A program made the translations under genes and the position numbers. Source: Scyliorhinus canicula (Eukaryota). Taken from it: 64,000 nucleotides of DNA. Shown here piece by piece: positions 39,201 through 52,500 of the stretch. The stretch spans positions 13,388,546 to 13,452,545 of the forward strand of contig NC_052158.1 in assembly GCF_902713615.1 (NCBI RefSeq), written 5' to 3'. Below the pieces are notes generated by a model. The model had not been told where the DNA came from, did not search any database, and was given only the letters and a program-made list of their open reading frames with translations. Within the stretch, counting starts at the first letter, position 1. Each line of letters starts with the position of its first letter.

Positions 39201-39606
39201 TTCACCTACCTTATTCTGGATGCTCCTTGCATTGATGTTGACACACTTCAACCCACCTTTCTGTCTGCCGGTACACTCCTGCGACCTTGATACCCTCCTG
39301 AGTACCTCACTAGTCTCAACACTGGCTTCTGGACTGCAGCTCATATTCCCATCCCCCTGACAAATTGGCTCCAATTATCTACGTAACTGGAACCCTCTCT
39401 CCTGCACCATCCCTGCCACGTGTTTATCTGCACTCTCTCCCTTTTCCTCACCTCGCTAGCACGTGGCACCGGCAACAAACCAGAGATGACAACATGGTTC
39501 GTCCTGGCTCTCAGCTTCGGGTAAGCCGGTACAGGAATTGAACCCGCGCTGCTGGCCTTGTTCTGCATTACAAACCAGCTGTCTAGCCCATTGAGCTAAA
39601 CCGGCT
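36300..39606 (-). mobile_element. tRNA SINE (36300-36387 plus 39518-39606) split by a 3.1-kb CR1 (36388-39517)
   Basis: The SINE halves join as ggcgcctgtt|cgggtaagccggtacaggaattgaaccc, matching the copy at 1789. The CR1 gives INARSIQNKVGEL, VFYRP, GDFNFP-like, FVKGKSCLTNLIEFFE and RRMRGDL. Confidence 0.92.
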
Positions 39607-39619
39607 CAGAATGCTGTCT

Positions 39620-42306
39620 TGGATGATATTCTCCACTCTTTGATGCAGTTCTTCCTTGCTCAATTTGTCGAACTTCAAGGTACGCTTAGGAAAATAGTGG
39701 ATGCACGGCAGATAATCCTCATATTCCATAGAACACTTCACTGGTAACGGTCTGCCTTTGATTCAGCTTGCCTTTGATTCCTCGAGATCCTGCAGCATGC
39801 TGTGGCATCTATCTTACGGGCTGGGGAGATGGGGGCCAGACAAGGGTTCTCGGCGATCCCAGTCACTGGCAAGAGGAAGAAGGCGAATTTGCAAATTGGC
39901 TGTTATAATTCAGTAACCTTGACGTGGAGGCTGAGGGCATCAGTTTCGTTGCAAGACAATGTGTCCAGCCTTAGAAGCCTACGGTCAGTTGGGGCCCACG
40001 ACCACTGGAGTTATTTCCCCTGGAGGGTTGGAGTAGGCTGTTCACGTTTTGCCATCCATCAAGCCGCGGACTATGCTGTGTACAGCTTGGACATCAGGCT
40101 AACAACATACTGGAAGTGAAGGTACTTCGTTGGTTGGATTTTTCAAAACGTCCAGAGGACCGTCTGATGATCCGGTTATGGTTTGGACTTTTCAAATCAC
40201 ACATGTGGTATTCCTATACTGCTGTTCTTCAATGATTCTTGATGTTGTTCCCTTGTGATTATGCTATTGATAATTTGATCTTGTATGTTGTCCTGGAAAG
40301 GGCATGCAAGATGCGAGAACCAGTGCGGAGGTCACCTGTTCTAACAAAGACAATATTGAGTCGATTATGTGATATGCGGTCTGTACACTTTTACTTGTCT
40401 TTTTGGTACCGTACTCATTGTTGCTATGGGCAGAGAGTGCATTTTGGAGACCCCTTATCTCTTTCATGGTGAGGAGGAATGGACCTGTGGCAGTGTGACG
40501 GGTGGATGGTTGGGGAGGAGTTGCAGTTAATGTTAGTTTAATCCTCAGAAAGATGGAAGATAGCCCTCCAGTTTGAGCTAACCATATCGGGGTTTCTGTT
40601 TGTGTTTTGTTATTTTGAATTTAAGAATTTGTACCTATCCTTTTCGATGGCACGGGTAGATTATTCATGCTGGGGAGGATTGGATTCCCTCTGATTCCTC
40701 CTTGATGTTGGCTGGTCTTTTTTCTTTCGAGCAATTAGAATAGGGTGAAATGACTGGTGGCAGACGTTGAGGTGAGTTCGGTTAATCCTAGATTGATTTG
40801 TTGAAGAGACAGTCTCTATGCCATGCCTCTACGCTGTTGGAGCCCTTCCTTCGTGCAATAGCGGGCCGTGCTGGGCAGTGGCTATTATATCTAATACTGC
40901 TCGAGAATTATTATTTTAGGGTTGTTTTTCCTTCTTCTCTGACCAGGGTGGGCAGTGGGCTGTTATGATTTCTGGTCTGGTCCGGTAGTCTATGCAGGGG
41001 GGGGGGTGCGGGTCCGCTTGTTGTCTGGCGGGGGGGGAGGGGGGGGGTTGGGCGGAGGGGGGGGGGAGATCTAGCCCTCCTACATGGCACCCAGTTTTTG
41101 CTCGTCTTCTCGATTCGTCTTCACCTTTTACCGCGGTATCTCCAGCTGGGTCGGCATAATCGTTTTTCGTTTCGGGGGCGGTGTGAGGGATATGTGGTTG
41201 ACATCCGTGGGCGTGGTTTTTGAGGTGCACTACCAGGTGGAGTGTAGGTTTTGGGGTGTACTAAAGGTCCTACGGGTATCAACTGTGTGCCAGAGGGTGC
41301 TGGGCTAGGAAGGTCTGGTGCTGCGGATTGTATCCTGTTGCCCCCTCGAGCTTGGGATATCCCTTCTTCCAGACATTTATTATGGACCTCCTGAGAGGCT
41401 GTGTAATGCTTTAGAGCTGTTTGAATACCCTTGGCCGATGGACCCTGCACACAGGCCTGGAGTTGATCTGAGTCCTTTACTTAGGCTGATATTCCCGTGC
41501 CACCCCCCCCCCCCCCCCCCTCCCCACCACCTCCCCATCCGCATCCCTCTTTATTACCAGGACGTTTCCCTGTTTGAATGAGCAGATTATTCCCTTCATA
41601 AACGCGTGGCGGACGTGCGCCAGGGGAATCTGGACGCATAGTTGGGTCCGGATCCTCTTTTATCCTGTGATCCGCTACTGATAGTCCCCTTTTCATTTAT
41701 CTTGTTGTGAAACGTTGACGGCGTTGATTACAACAAATATGCAGCTGCTAGGCCTCTCTGTATAAAAGTGTGGAATGATGTCGGTTCTCAGATTGTGGTT
41801 ATCTTGCCTGGTGTTTATCTTGCTTGTGCTTTATTTTTAAGGGTGGATATCAAGTATCCGTCATTGGTTCCTGCAGGAGTGCAGACCAGTCTGTTACCTT
41901 GGGGGGGGGGGGGGGGGGGGGGGGAGTTGCCGTGATGTGTCGCTAACGCCTCTGGTGGCGCTGAAGCTCAGGAGTGTGTCATTGGTGTCCACCAAAATAT
42001 GGCGTGAAAATGTTACGCTGAACATTTGGTAGTTACGAGCAGTGGCTGCATTGGAAGGCGTGCACTACTATACGATGTTTAATGGCCTTATCTTGTTTTT
42101 GTCTTACTCTCCTCTGGGGCTTAAAGGCATCTAATATGCCTAATGATTGTATTAAAGCAGTTGTGTTGCTGTTCTCCTATCCCCTGTTCCTCTCTGTATT
42201 CATAATGTTGAACATTTTTTCCTTGCTTGCTGTGCTGTAATACTCCTGTGGTTTTGTTGCGTTGTTTGTTCATATGCAAAACTTAAACAAATATACTTAA
42301 AAAACA
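39620..42306 (+). mobile_element. Old, heavily degraded L1-like LINE 3' half
   Basis: Remnants resembling RQG-PLSP (about 39835) and RYLQL (about 41135), with an A-rich 3' end aaaacttaaacaaatatacttaaaaaa at about 42280-42306. Confidence 0.5.
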
Positions 42307-43155
42307 CACTTCCGTTGGGACATCCAGTGGTCACGAGCAGTACAAAGAAATACAAGATTTTTTTGATCAACGCTATACCGCGAACTTTCCTTCCGCTGAT
42401 ATGCAATTTAATCTGTGCTATAAAGATGTGTTGGTGTTGAAGTAAATAGTATGACACATAATAATAGACATTATTTAAATTAAGCTGGTGTCAGTTTATT
42501 TGATGATACATCTTGGGAAATAATTGAAAAGGGATCACTAATGCTATGGCAGCGCCTAGTGCAAGCCAATCTGACTCACAATGAGGAGATAACGCGAGGT
42601 AAATACTTGGAGTGCAATATTCTACCAAATCAAACGCCGTCCTGGTTAACATTTCATGGCAATCACCTAAGATTTATAATTTCCATTTGTAATGTCCGTC
42701 ACGTTAAATAAATATTGAGTTTCACGGTCAAGAAGCTGACAGTTGGATATCATAGAAAACAGATAGGGTTAAGTTGAGTGTGAACATTTTATTTAGTCAT
42801 CTTAACTGCAGCCAAAGAACCAGAAAACGCAGTTCATCGACTAAATTCAGAGAGGTCACGGTCAAGACGCAGGCTATTCCGTCCAACCGGTTAATTTTAG
42901 ATTTTTCCCTGCATTTGAGTTCGCGCTGTTCCCTAGATTTCGGCAGTTTCCCCCCTAATGTTGGAAGGCCCAGTGTATTTCATTTCCATATATTTAAAAA
43001 GAAACTCTGTGCGGATGCGAGACACCAATGTTGAGATCTGTCAGTGAGCAGCAGGTCGCTGTCACGAAGAAGACAAATGCCAGATTAGAAGAGGTTGCAA
43101 TTACATTACACGTCAATTAAATGTTTGGTTACAGATCGCTTATTTGCCTTCACAG

Positions 43156-43209
43156 ACGAAAATAGAAAAATGTATCCAGATACGATAATCGGTGTACTGC
43201 TGATATCTG
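43156..43209 (+). CDS. Candidate second leader exon (MYPDTIIGVLLIS, ATG at 43170); downstream exons not visible
   Basis: Acceptor tttgccttcacAG at 43154-43155, ATG in aaaATG context, a hydrophobic core and a phase-1 consensus donor G|gtgagt at 43210. Confidence 0.55.
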
Positions 43210-43900
43210 GTGAGTATTAAGCTTGTTTGCAACATTTATTTACATTCGGTAATCGGATGTGAATATCACTGGTTAGGTGAGCAATTACTGGACGCCAGTT
43301 GTCCTTGAGACGTTGGTGATGAGGCGCCATTATTATCCGGTCCAATCCTTGTGATGGAGCTACACCTACAACGTTGTTGGGAGGGCGTTCCACAATTTAG
43401 ACCCAGCATAGTGACGGAAGGAGAACATTGCTTCAAATCGGGATGATATGTAGGTGCTGGTTTTGTCATACATCTGCTGCCATGTATCTCTGAGTTGGTA
43501 GCTGTTGGGGATTTGGAAAGTGCAGTAAAAGGAAGCTTGGATAGTTGCTTTTCTTTATCTAGCATATAGAACACACGGATTTCACTGTGCAGCAATGGTA
43601 ACAGGAACCAAAGCATCCAGCAGTGTACTTTTTCTCAAATGGTGGAAAATATGTGAGCCAGGTTTTGCCGACTCACCTATGCAATTGGGACATATTCTAT
43701 CGCACTCCTGAGTTCTGAATTACAGATGTTATATTTCAGAGGGTCGGTGCAGACTCAGTTGGCCGTTAAAGTCTTACAATATAACATTATTATATTGTTA
43801 CTTCGGGGCTGAATTATTTTTTTTCTTTTAAACTTGGTTATGAATTATGCTTACTTCCTTTTTCTCCTCATCTCCTTTTGGAATATATGGCAGGATATTT

Positions 43901-44345
43901 NNNNNNNNNNNNNNNNNNNNNNNNNNNNNNNNNNNNNNNNNNNNNNNNNNNNNNNNNNNNNNNNNNNNNNNNNNNNNNNNNNNNNNNNNNNNNNNNNNNN
44001 NNNNNNNNNNNNNNNNNNNNNNNNNNNNNNNNNNNNNNNNNNNNNNNNNNNNNNNNNNNNNNNNNNNNNNNNNNNNNNNNNNNNNNNNNNNNNNNNNNNN
44101 NNNNNNNNNNNNNNNNNNNNNNNNNNNNNNNNNNNNNNNNNNNNNNNNNNNNNNNNNNNNNNNNNNNNNNNNNNNNNNNNNNNNNNNNNNNNNNNNNNNN
44201 NNNNNNNNNNNNNNNNNNNNNNNNNNNNNNNNNNNNNNNNNNNNNNNNNNNNNNNNNNNNNNNNNNNNNNNNNNNNNNNNNNNNATCTATCGATCTATCG
44301 ATCTATCTATCTATTAATCCAATCTATCCATCTATCTATTTATCT
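43901..44345. repeat. Assembly gap (384 N, 43901-44284) followed by a (CTAT)n-type microsatellite
   Basis: Seen directly in the sequence. Confidence 0.95.
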
Positions 44346-44759
44346 AATCATTCTAAGGGTCCGACTGTTTCAACCCTGATTGTCCCTGTTTCTCCTCTAA
44401 CTTTTTTGCCATTACGATGTTTATCCGTGGATATTTAATGGGCCTGCGACTTTAATGCTGGCGTTGCTTTTAATTCAAGCAGTAGAGATCAATGATGACT
44501 CAATTTGACTGACTTAGCTGGCCGCCTATGAACTGGCTCCCAATGCTGGATTTTACCGATACCCAGTGGTGGTTGGGTTGGATTTCTCTGCAAATGTTTT
44601 TCACTCGAACAAGGCTTGTTTTCGCTTCAACTTTGATTCAGAAACGTGGATGAAGGAACTCTCTCAATGATCTGAAGAGCTTCCGACAAATATCCAGTGG
44701 AATAACTCTTCACTTTCTCCAGTGAGGCTGGATGTCGTTTTATTGAAACGAGAAAGTAT

Positions 44760-45940
44760 TGAGATTAAAACTCGGGATGTAAGCTGGGTTTGATACGGGA
44801 CAAAGAGTCTTAAGAGAGACATAGATTCAGAGTGGATCTAAGAGCTGCAGGCCCACTTTAATCAGAGCTAACGTGACTCTCCAGAAGAAATCACACTGCC
44901 TGTGAATATTGAATGCATATGTATGCAAGAAGAAAATCACCAACTGCACACCGGTAGCTTCGCTCAAACAGTATGCTGGGAGGACACATGCTGCAAAGAA
45001 TTCAACATAGAAACCAAATACTCTTATCTTTCTTTTATCTTAATGCGTATTGCTGTTATTTTCTTACTCCCTTCTACGCCTCTGTGCTTTTATGTATTGT
45101 GTATGTGTGGTCGAGGTGGGACATTAAAAGGGAAGGGTCTGGTAGGTTAGCTTGCCGTTATTCCGTTGTAATTGCTGCATATGTTATCTCTATTGCTGAA
45201 ATAAATAAACAGTAGTTGTGCTTCAACTTGAAACCTGGTGCCTGTAAACTATTAAGCAGCCAAGGACCAAATATTTCGAGAATCTTCATACGAATTATGG
45301 GTTAATTCACATGTGTTGAGACCCCGGGGCCTGTAGGCCTTGAATTGACTGCGCAATAGCTCGGGGTGCCATAATATAAATTGGGGGCTCATCCAGGATT
45401 TTCCAACGTCAGCTGGCAGAGTTTGAGTTAGAGCGTGAATTAAAAAAGGACTCTAGGTTTGCTGTAATATAACAAGATGGTTCTGGGAGCTGCTTAGTGT
45501 TTTCTTCCAGTAGAAAACTTGAATCTAGACAATTTAAAGGAGCTCTGCAAAGACATACTAGTCAAATTGGTAGGTTAATTAAAATAGATGTAGCAGCTAG
45601 AGCTAGGCAGGCAATTGAAGTGATTGCTCAGAATTTAAATTTGAATGAGTGCAAGTACGTCAACAGTCAAGTAGAATTGGTTAAAATCGAGATACAAATG
45701 AAACAATTGGAGAAGCAGCAAAAATAAAAACAAATGAAGCTGAGGCAGAAATAAAGAATCAATAAATAGAGATGAAGCAAAAATGAAAGGAAATTATGCA
45801 GAAAGAAATGGTAATGGAAATGAGGAGAGAGGAAAAAGAAGAAACAGAAAGGAAAAAGAAAATGAGAGAAAGAGCAAGAGGACGAGAGACAGAAGAAAAC
45901 AGAGAGAGAGAGGAAAAATAAAGAGAGAGAGAGCCGTCCA
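44760..45940 (+). mobile_element. Gypsy-type LTR retrotransposon 5' part: LTR, PBS (tRNA-Pro) and gag N-terminus
   Basis: LTR-like block with AATAAA at about 45201. tgggggctcatccaggat at 45382-45399 matches the tRNA-Pro PBS TGGGGGCTCGTCCGGGAT with 2 mismatches. A gag-like helix IAQNLNLNE...VELVKIEIQMKQLE is followed by an E/K/R-rich coiled coil. Confidence 0.8.
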
Positions 45941-45949
45941 GCTTAAGGC

Positions 45950-48900
45950 AATACAAATGATTGGGAACATAGGAATTAAGAACAGAAAACGGCAATTCAG
46001 CACTTCAATCCTCCTCCTCCATTCAATTAAACCATGGCTGATCTATTTCTGGTCTCAACTCCATCTGCCGACCTTTTCTACATATTCCTTTAACTCGTGC
46101 TTTGTCAGATGTATATCTGTCTTTTTCTTGAAACTATTGAATGACTAAGATTCCACAACTCTATGGGGCAGCTAATCCCACAAATTCACCACCCTCTGCG
46201 AGAAGTTGTTCTTCCTCATCTCAGGCTTAAATCCACCTACTGTCAAACTATATCCCTGACGTCTCGTTCTAGATTTCCCCACAAGGTGGAACATTTGGGC
46301 CACATTTACTTTCCCTTTTAGTAATTTATAAACCTCGGTCAGGTATCCTCTCATCCTTCTGAACTCCAGCGAGTATAAGCCGAAACTGTTTAATCTCTCC
46401 TCAGACGTCAAATATTCAGCCCGGAATCAATCTGGTGAACCTCTTCTAAACTGCCTCTAATGCCACCACATCTTTACTCAACTAAGGGGACCGAAACTGG
46501 ACATAATACTCCAGATGTGGTCTCATCAACAAAGTATACAATTGCAACAACACTTCTCCACTTTAAAACTCCAATCCTTTAGCAATAAATGCTAACACTC
46601 ATTTTATCTTTTTAATGACAGGCTGAACCTGCGATTCATGAACAGACACCCAGATTCCTCTGTCACTTGGACCATGAATCTGCTTTCCATTTGGATAATA
46701 ATTTCCCTTTCTACTTTTTTGGCCAGAATGGATAACCTCACACGTATCTACATTAAACTCTATCTGCCATATTTTGGCCCAGTCTCTACACCCGGTATTT
46801 TAAAAAATCTCTTCTCCACCGCCTATGTTCCCAGCAACTTTAGTATCATCCACAAATTTAGCTATGTTACACGCTGTCCCTGCTTCCAGATCATTTATAT
46901 TAATTGTAAACAGTTGAGGTCTGAGGACTGACCCCTGCAGCACCCCTCTAGTTACAGTTTGCCAGCCAGAGAAGAATCCATTTATCCCAACCCTCTACTT
47001 TCTGTTTCTAAGCCACCGGGAGCTTTCCAGAATCCAGAAAATTCTGAAATATCAAAACCAATGCATCCACTATTTCTGCTGACACCTCCCTTTTTTACGC
47101 TAGGGTGCAGGCCACTGCGTCCCGGAGACTTCCCTGCCCTTAATCACATAGGTTTATTCAAACCATCCGCTTAACGATGGTTATTGCAGCAAATTCCTCG
47201 ACATTAACTTTCGTTTTTGGATTTTTGAAATTATATTCCACCGTGAAGACAGAAGCAAAATATTTGTTCAGTGCCTCCACCATCTCTATGTTCCCTATTA
47301 TTACCTCACCAGTATCTTTCTCCAAAGGACCACATTTAATTCAGCTACTCTCTTCCTTTCTACATATTTACATACGCTTTTCGTATTAGTGTTTATATTA
47401 TATGCTAGTTTCCTTTCGTAGTTTATCTTGGATTTTTCGATTTTATCTAGTTTATCTAGTGTAGTTTTTTGCTGAACCATAAGGCTCTCCCAATCCTACC
47501 GCTTAGTACTAGCTTTTGCAATATGGTATGCCCTGGTTGTTGCCTTTATGCCTTCCTTGACTTCCTTGTTTAGCCAAGGAACGTTATTCTTCCTTTTACT
47601 ATTCCACTTCGTCTCAGGAATGTACATTAATTGAGTATTATTTAGTATCTTCCTGAACATCCACCACTGTACCTAAATTGTTCTACCTTGAATTATCTGT
47701 GCCCAATCTACTTGGGACAATATTTTCCTCTGCCCAACGTTAAAACTCTGGTATGGTACATTGTCGCACAATCTAAACTTGAATTCAAGCATGCTGTGAT
47801 CACTACTTCCAAGAGGATCCTTAATGACAAGACTATTTATCAAATCTTCTTTGTTATAGCACACTAAATCTAAAATACCCTGCTGCCTTGTTGGCTCCAG
47901 AACACATTCCTCTAAGAAACAACCCTTCGTACATGAAAGTTCCCTCCAGGCTGCCCTTGCCAATTTGATTAATCCAGTGAATATGCATATCACAATCAAT
48001 CTTTACTCATTATTAACGCTATGGCCTTTTCACAAGCGTTCACTGTTTCTTGGTTTATATTGTGCCCCAGTTAGGAAGAATTGCTTGACGACCTGTAAAT
48101 TATTCCAACCAAATGTTTTTCCCGTTGTCTTTTATTCCCATCCATTTCGATTCAACATTTTGGCCCTTGGTGCGCATATTATTTCTCAATACTGCCTTGT
48201 TGTCACCTTTAACCAATAAAGCAACTCCATCCTGTCTATCCTTTCGGAATACTGAGTACCCGTGGACATTCAACTCCTACGCCTGTTCCTGCTGCAACAT
48301 GTGTCGGTAAATCTCTCCAAATGATACCCATTTGTCTCTATTTGTGCTGTCAGCTCATTGACCTTATTCCGAACACTGAGTGCACTGTAGATTTACCCCC
48401 CCCCCCCCCTCACCCCCGCACATTTGCTCGTTTAAAGTCCTTGTGACGACCCTATTTATCCTTTCCACAAGAAATTTTGTCCCAGGTCAGTTCAGGTGGT
48501 ACAGATCCCTTGTGTCCCAATACTGATGCTAGTGCCCCATGAAATGGAACCCCTCTTTCGAGCACCACTCTTTTAGCCACGTTTTGCACTCCTAATTTTA
48601 TTACCTCTATGCCAATGTGCACGTGGCTCCGGTAGCAATCCAGAGATCATAACCCTTGAGGACCTGTTTTTTAATTATGTTCCTAGTTCCTAATAATTCG
48701 CAAACAGGTCCACTTTCCTAGTCTTGCCTATGCTGTTTCTCCCAACGTGGACCACAACAGCCGGATCCTCTCTGTCACACTCCAGTATTCCATAATACCG
48801 GTTATAGTTGTCCTTCACCCTGGCACCAGGCAGGCAACATGCCATGCGGGACTCTTGGTCCAGCTTGCAAAGGATGTTATCAGTTCCCAATGAAATAATC

Positions 48901-49500
48901 ACCTACAACTACCATTTGTCTTTTTGCTCACCCTACCGGCACTTAAATGCGGCCCTGTACCCGTGCAGTGGTCACCTTGCTCACCCCCTACAGCCTTATG
49001 CTCCATTCATACAGAGAGCAAGTACCTCGTACCTGTTCCACAAGGTCAAGGGCTAAGTCTCATCCAATTCTGAATTCAGGATCACCTTAACTGCCTGACT
49101 TGCAGTCACACCCTTCTGTCCCTGACCACTGATCGAATTTGAGGTACTTAATCTACGGGGAGTGACCGCCTTCTGAAACAAAGAGTCCAGTTAACTCTCG
49201 CCCTCCCAGATATGCTGCAGTGTCTGAACCTCAGACTCCAGCTCAACTTCTGAGCCAGAATTACTTGAGCAACAAACACTTGCTCCACAAGTGGTTTTTG
49301 CAGTTCACAATGGCTTCTGCAAGTTCCCACATGATGCAACTACGGCACATCGTGTGCCCAGCAATCTCCGGTTGTTAATTAATTAGATTTGCAGTGCTTT
49401 ATTTTCAATTTATCGCCGATTTCCTGTCAGCGAATTAGCTCACAGCTTTCCGGAGACGTCAGATTTTTCAGCTTCTTTGGAATCCCCGATATTCACCGCT
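45950..49500 (-). mobile_element. Degenerate CR1 LINE with ORF1 remnants, nested in the Gypsy
   Basis: FRRMRGYLTEVYKLL, ILDLVCYNKEDL, CCLPGARVKD and VVHVGRNSIG motifs. Confidence 0.88.
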
Positions 49501-49559
49501 CCAATGCTCCGCCGTCCTTTAATATCCCGGTTCCTCTTGTCCCATAAGAGCATAATACC

Positions 49560-52500
49560 AAACGACATAGGAGCAGAATTAGACCACTAGCTGCATCGAA
49601 TCTGCTCCGCTATTCTATCATGGCTGATATTTATCTCATCCCAATTCTTGTGCCTTCTTCCCACAACCCCTGATTCCCTGATTAATCAAGAACATATATA
49701 TCTCTCTCCCTCTGTCTTAAAGACATTCAGTGATTTGGCGTCCATTGCCTTCTCTCATAGATTTTCATATAATTTACAGAGCAAAAGAAGGCCCATCGAT
49801 TGTGCACTGGCCGTTAGAGAGTGCACCCTACTTAGGCCAACACCTCCATCCTATCCCCATAATACAGTAACCCTACCTAATCTTTTTGGGACACTAAGGG
49901 CAATTTAGCATGGACAATCCACATAACCTCCACACCTTTGGACTGTGGGAGTAAACCGGAGGTCTCGGAGGAAAGCCACGCAGACACGGAGTTCCACAGA
50001 TTCACCACCCTCTGGTTGAAGAAATTCCTCCTCATCTCTGGAATATTCTTGTCGGATGGCCTGATTTATATTGCAAGAACACTTGCAGATAATAAATGGT
50101 TTATTAACATTAACTGTGGATAAACAATATACAAAACAATAGACGAATAACATTAAGATCAAGCACAAGCAATCTCTCTCTTCCTGCTCTCCAGTCCGTC
50201 TGAGGTTGCCAGACTCGGACATTCACTTATATACTAATGAGTCTCCTACTGGTCAGTCGATGAATTACAACAAACCCATGCTATCACCATAATCCTTATT
50301 TTAAAGGATCGTCCCTTCAGTCTGAGGCTGTGCCCTCAGTTTGTAGTTTTTCCTACTAATGGAAACGTTCTCTCCACGTCCACTCTATGCAGGCCTTGCA
50401 GTATCCTGTAAGGTTCAATGAGATCCCCCCTCATCCTTCTGAACTATGAGTACCGACACAGATGCATAAACAGCTCCTCATAATACAAGCTCTTCATTCC
50501 AGCGAACATTCCTCTGAACCTCCTCCGGACCCTCTCCAAGGGCAACACGTTCTTCCTAAAAACTGCTCACGATACTCCAAATGGAGTCTGACCAGATTGT
50601 ACATCCCTACCCTTGTGATCTAGCCCTCTCGACAAGAAGCTAACATTGCATTTGCCTACCTGACTGCCGACTGAACCCTTCACGTTAACCTTAAGAGAAT
50701 CTTGAACTAGGATTCCTAAGTCCCTTTGTGCTTCTCATTTCCTGACCATTTTACCATTTTGAAAATAGTCGATGCCTCCATTATTCCTTCAAAAGTCAGA
50801 TTCTCACATCTTTCCACATTGTATTCTGTCTGCCACTTTTTTGCCCAATCATCTAGCCTGTCCAAGACGTTCTGCACAACCCCTACTTCCGCAACACTAT
50901 CTGTCCCTCTGCATATCTTTGTATCCTCTGCAACCTGATCAACAGTGCCCTCAGTTGAATCTTCCAGATCGTTAACGTATATTGTGAAACGTTGTGGTCC
51001 CAACAGCAACCCCTGAGGCACACCACTAATCACCAGCTGCGTCCTGAAAAAGACTCTTTATCCCCACTCTCTGCCTTTTGTCAGTCAACCAAACCTTCAT
51101 ACATGCTAGTATCTTAATATTAACACCATGGGCTCTTAACTTATTCAACAGTCTCATATGCGGCACCTTATCAAACGCCTTCTGGAAATCTACATAAATC
51201 ACATCCTCTGATTCTCTTTGTCTAACGTCCTTATTACCTCCTCAAAGAACTCTAACAGATTGGTCAGACATGACCTCCCTTTGACAAAGCTGTGCTGATT
51301 CAGTCCTGTTTTATCATGCACTTTCACGTATTTCACAATTTCATTTTCAATTATGGACTCTAAAATCTTACCAATGATCGCCGTCAGGCTAACTGGCATC
51401 TAATTTCTCATCTTCTGCCTCTCTCCCGTCTTAACAGGCGTATTACATTAGCCGTCTTCCAGTCCTCTGCGACTCTTCCTACCTCCAGTGATTCCTGAAA
51501 GGTCATCACCAATATCTCTACAATCCCCTCCGTTGTGTCCTTCAGAACCCTGTTTTTTAGTCCATCCGGTCCGGGTGAGTTTTCCATCTTCAAACCTTTC
51601 AGTTTTGCTAGAAAGTTCTCGGAGTGATGGCCACGACACTCACCTCTGCCCCTTGATTCTCGTGGAGTTCTGGTATCCCACTGGTGTCCTCCACCGTGGA
51701 GACTGATGCAAAAAAACTATTCAGTTCCTCTGAGATTTCTGTGCTTCTTATTACTACTTCTCCAGCCCTATGGCCAGTTGTCCGTTGTCTATTCTTGCCT
51801 CTCTCATACCTATTAAAAAAAACCTCTTGCTATCTTCTTTTATATTGCTAGCTAGCTTGCTCTAATACTTTATCTTCTCCCCCCTTATTGTTTCTTAAGT
51901 TATTTGCTTGCTTTTTAAAGCTTCCCAATCCTTCGAATTCACTCGAATCCTCGCCAGTTTGCGTGTTTTTGTTTTTGTGCTGTCCTTGACTTCCCTGGTC
52001 AGCCATTAGTTACTGGCCCTCTCCTTGGCATATTTCCTCCTCCTTGGGATACATTTCTGTTGTGCCCCCCGAATTAATCCCCAAACCCCTGCCATTGCTG
52101 TTCCACTGTCTTCCTTGCAATGCTCCTCTTCCAATCAACCCTGGTCAGCTCCTCCCTCATGTCTTTGTAGTAACCTTTATTTAATTGTAATACCGTCACA
52201 TCTGATTCCAGCTTCTCCCTCTTAAACTGCAGGGTAAATTCTACCACATTGTCGTCACGATCCCCTAAGGATTCCTTCACCCTTAGCTCCCTAATCAAGT
52301 CTGCCTCATTGCACATCACCAAATCCAGAATTGCCCGTCCCCTCGCAGGCTCTGACACAATCTACTCCAAAAACCATTTCTTAGACATTCCACAATTTCC
52401 TTTTCTTGGGACCCATACCAACCTAGTTTTCCCAGTACATCTGAATGTCGAAGTACACCATGATTCTTGTGATATTGCCTTTCTTACATTTTTTTATGTC

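Noticed and set aside
43677-43714. 38-nt minus-strand exon candidate encoding an ITIM-like IEYVPI before a stop, the same length as 62221-62258
   Set aside because: Weak pyrimidine tract, antisense to the leader exon, and the two 38-mers match at only about 11 of 38 positions, so they are not homologous.
43834-44438. Long ORFs spanning the N runs (also 9642-10205)
   Set aside because: Artefacts of translating through assembly gaps.
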